The translations under genes were made by a program, and so were the position numbers. Under the pieces are notes generated by a model. That model saw only the letters and a program-made list of their open reading frames with translations. It did not search any database and was not told where the DNA came from. This document shows positions 63,381 to 64,000 of a stretch of 64,000 nucleotides of DNA, piece after piece. Origin of the DNA: Eledone cirrhosa. Taxonomy: Eukaryota. Where the stretch lies: the NCBI GenBank assembly GCA_964016885.1, contig OZ024755.1, positions 248,001 through 312,000 on the forward strand, written 5' to 3'. Every line of letters begins with the position of its first letter. The first letter of the stretch is position 1.

Positions 63381-64000
63381 TATATATATATATGTATTGT
63401 CATGTCTGTCGACTGGTTGGGAGGATGGTATGGATGGTATTAAGAATGTAGAAATGTGCATGGTCACATCCTAGAGGACTAATGCAGTAATTAAGAAGAC
63501 AATATCAAAAACAATTATGTTTCATATGTTGGAGGCCATTCATAGATTAACTGGTGGAAAGTTGTGACTTGTGAAGGGAATCTGATGAACATGATAAAGA
63601 TTCTTCTAGATTAAAAATGATTCATTAATGCACCCATTATTAATAATAATAATAATAATAATAATAAATATATATATATTCACACACATATAGTAAGTTG
63701 AATGTAATATAATATTTCTTCCGAGACAAACAGTTGCTTAGTACATTAAAACAATACATACAAACATATGCACACACTGATATACATACACACACAAATA
63801 TATACATATATAAATATGTATGTATGCTTCTATGCATATCTCAATGCATGTGTGTATATATGTATGTATGTACATATATATATATATATATATAAATGCA
63901 TGTGTATATATATATATACACACATACATACACACACAATGAATACTATGATTTAGATGTGTTAGCTCAGTGTAACAATGTGAAAATGAGAGAGTGTCTT

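Overview
AT-rich, microsatellite-dense eukaryotic DNA. Its repeat content looks like a coleoid cephalopod, probably Octopus (inferred from the SINE/LINE families, not verified). The only host-gene signal I recognise is one 113-bp minus-strand exon at 18897-19009, missed by the ORF track. It encodes [38 protein letters not shown], the switch II region of a kinesin-3 of the KIF13/Khc-73 type, so the window is most likely two large introns of that gene. Mobile DNA fills the rest: an internally deleted piggyBac with a nested Helitron and SINE, many piggyBac-derived MITEs, two 5'-truncated but ORF-intact R4/Dong-like retroelements in tandem in (TAA)n, an RTE LINE with its partner SINE, other tRNA-derived SINEs, and Tc1/mariner-type MITEs. 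The most unusual signals are a hammerhead-ribozyme-like motif, several fold-back elements that appear to pivot on hammerhead stems (Penelope-like or retrozyme signature), and a possible in-frame cassette exon for kinesin loop 10. Most listed ORFs are microsatellite or antisense artefacts. I see no CRISPR array or prokaryotic system. Boundaries of degraded repeats are approximate and read by eye.
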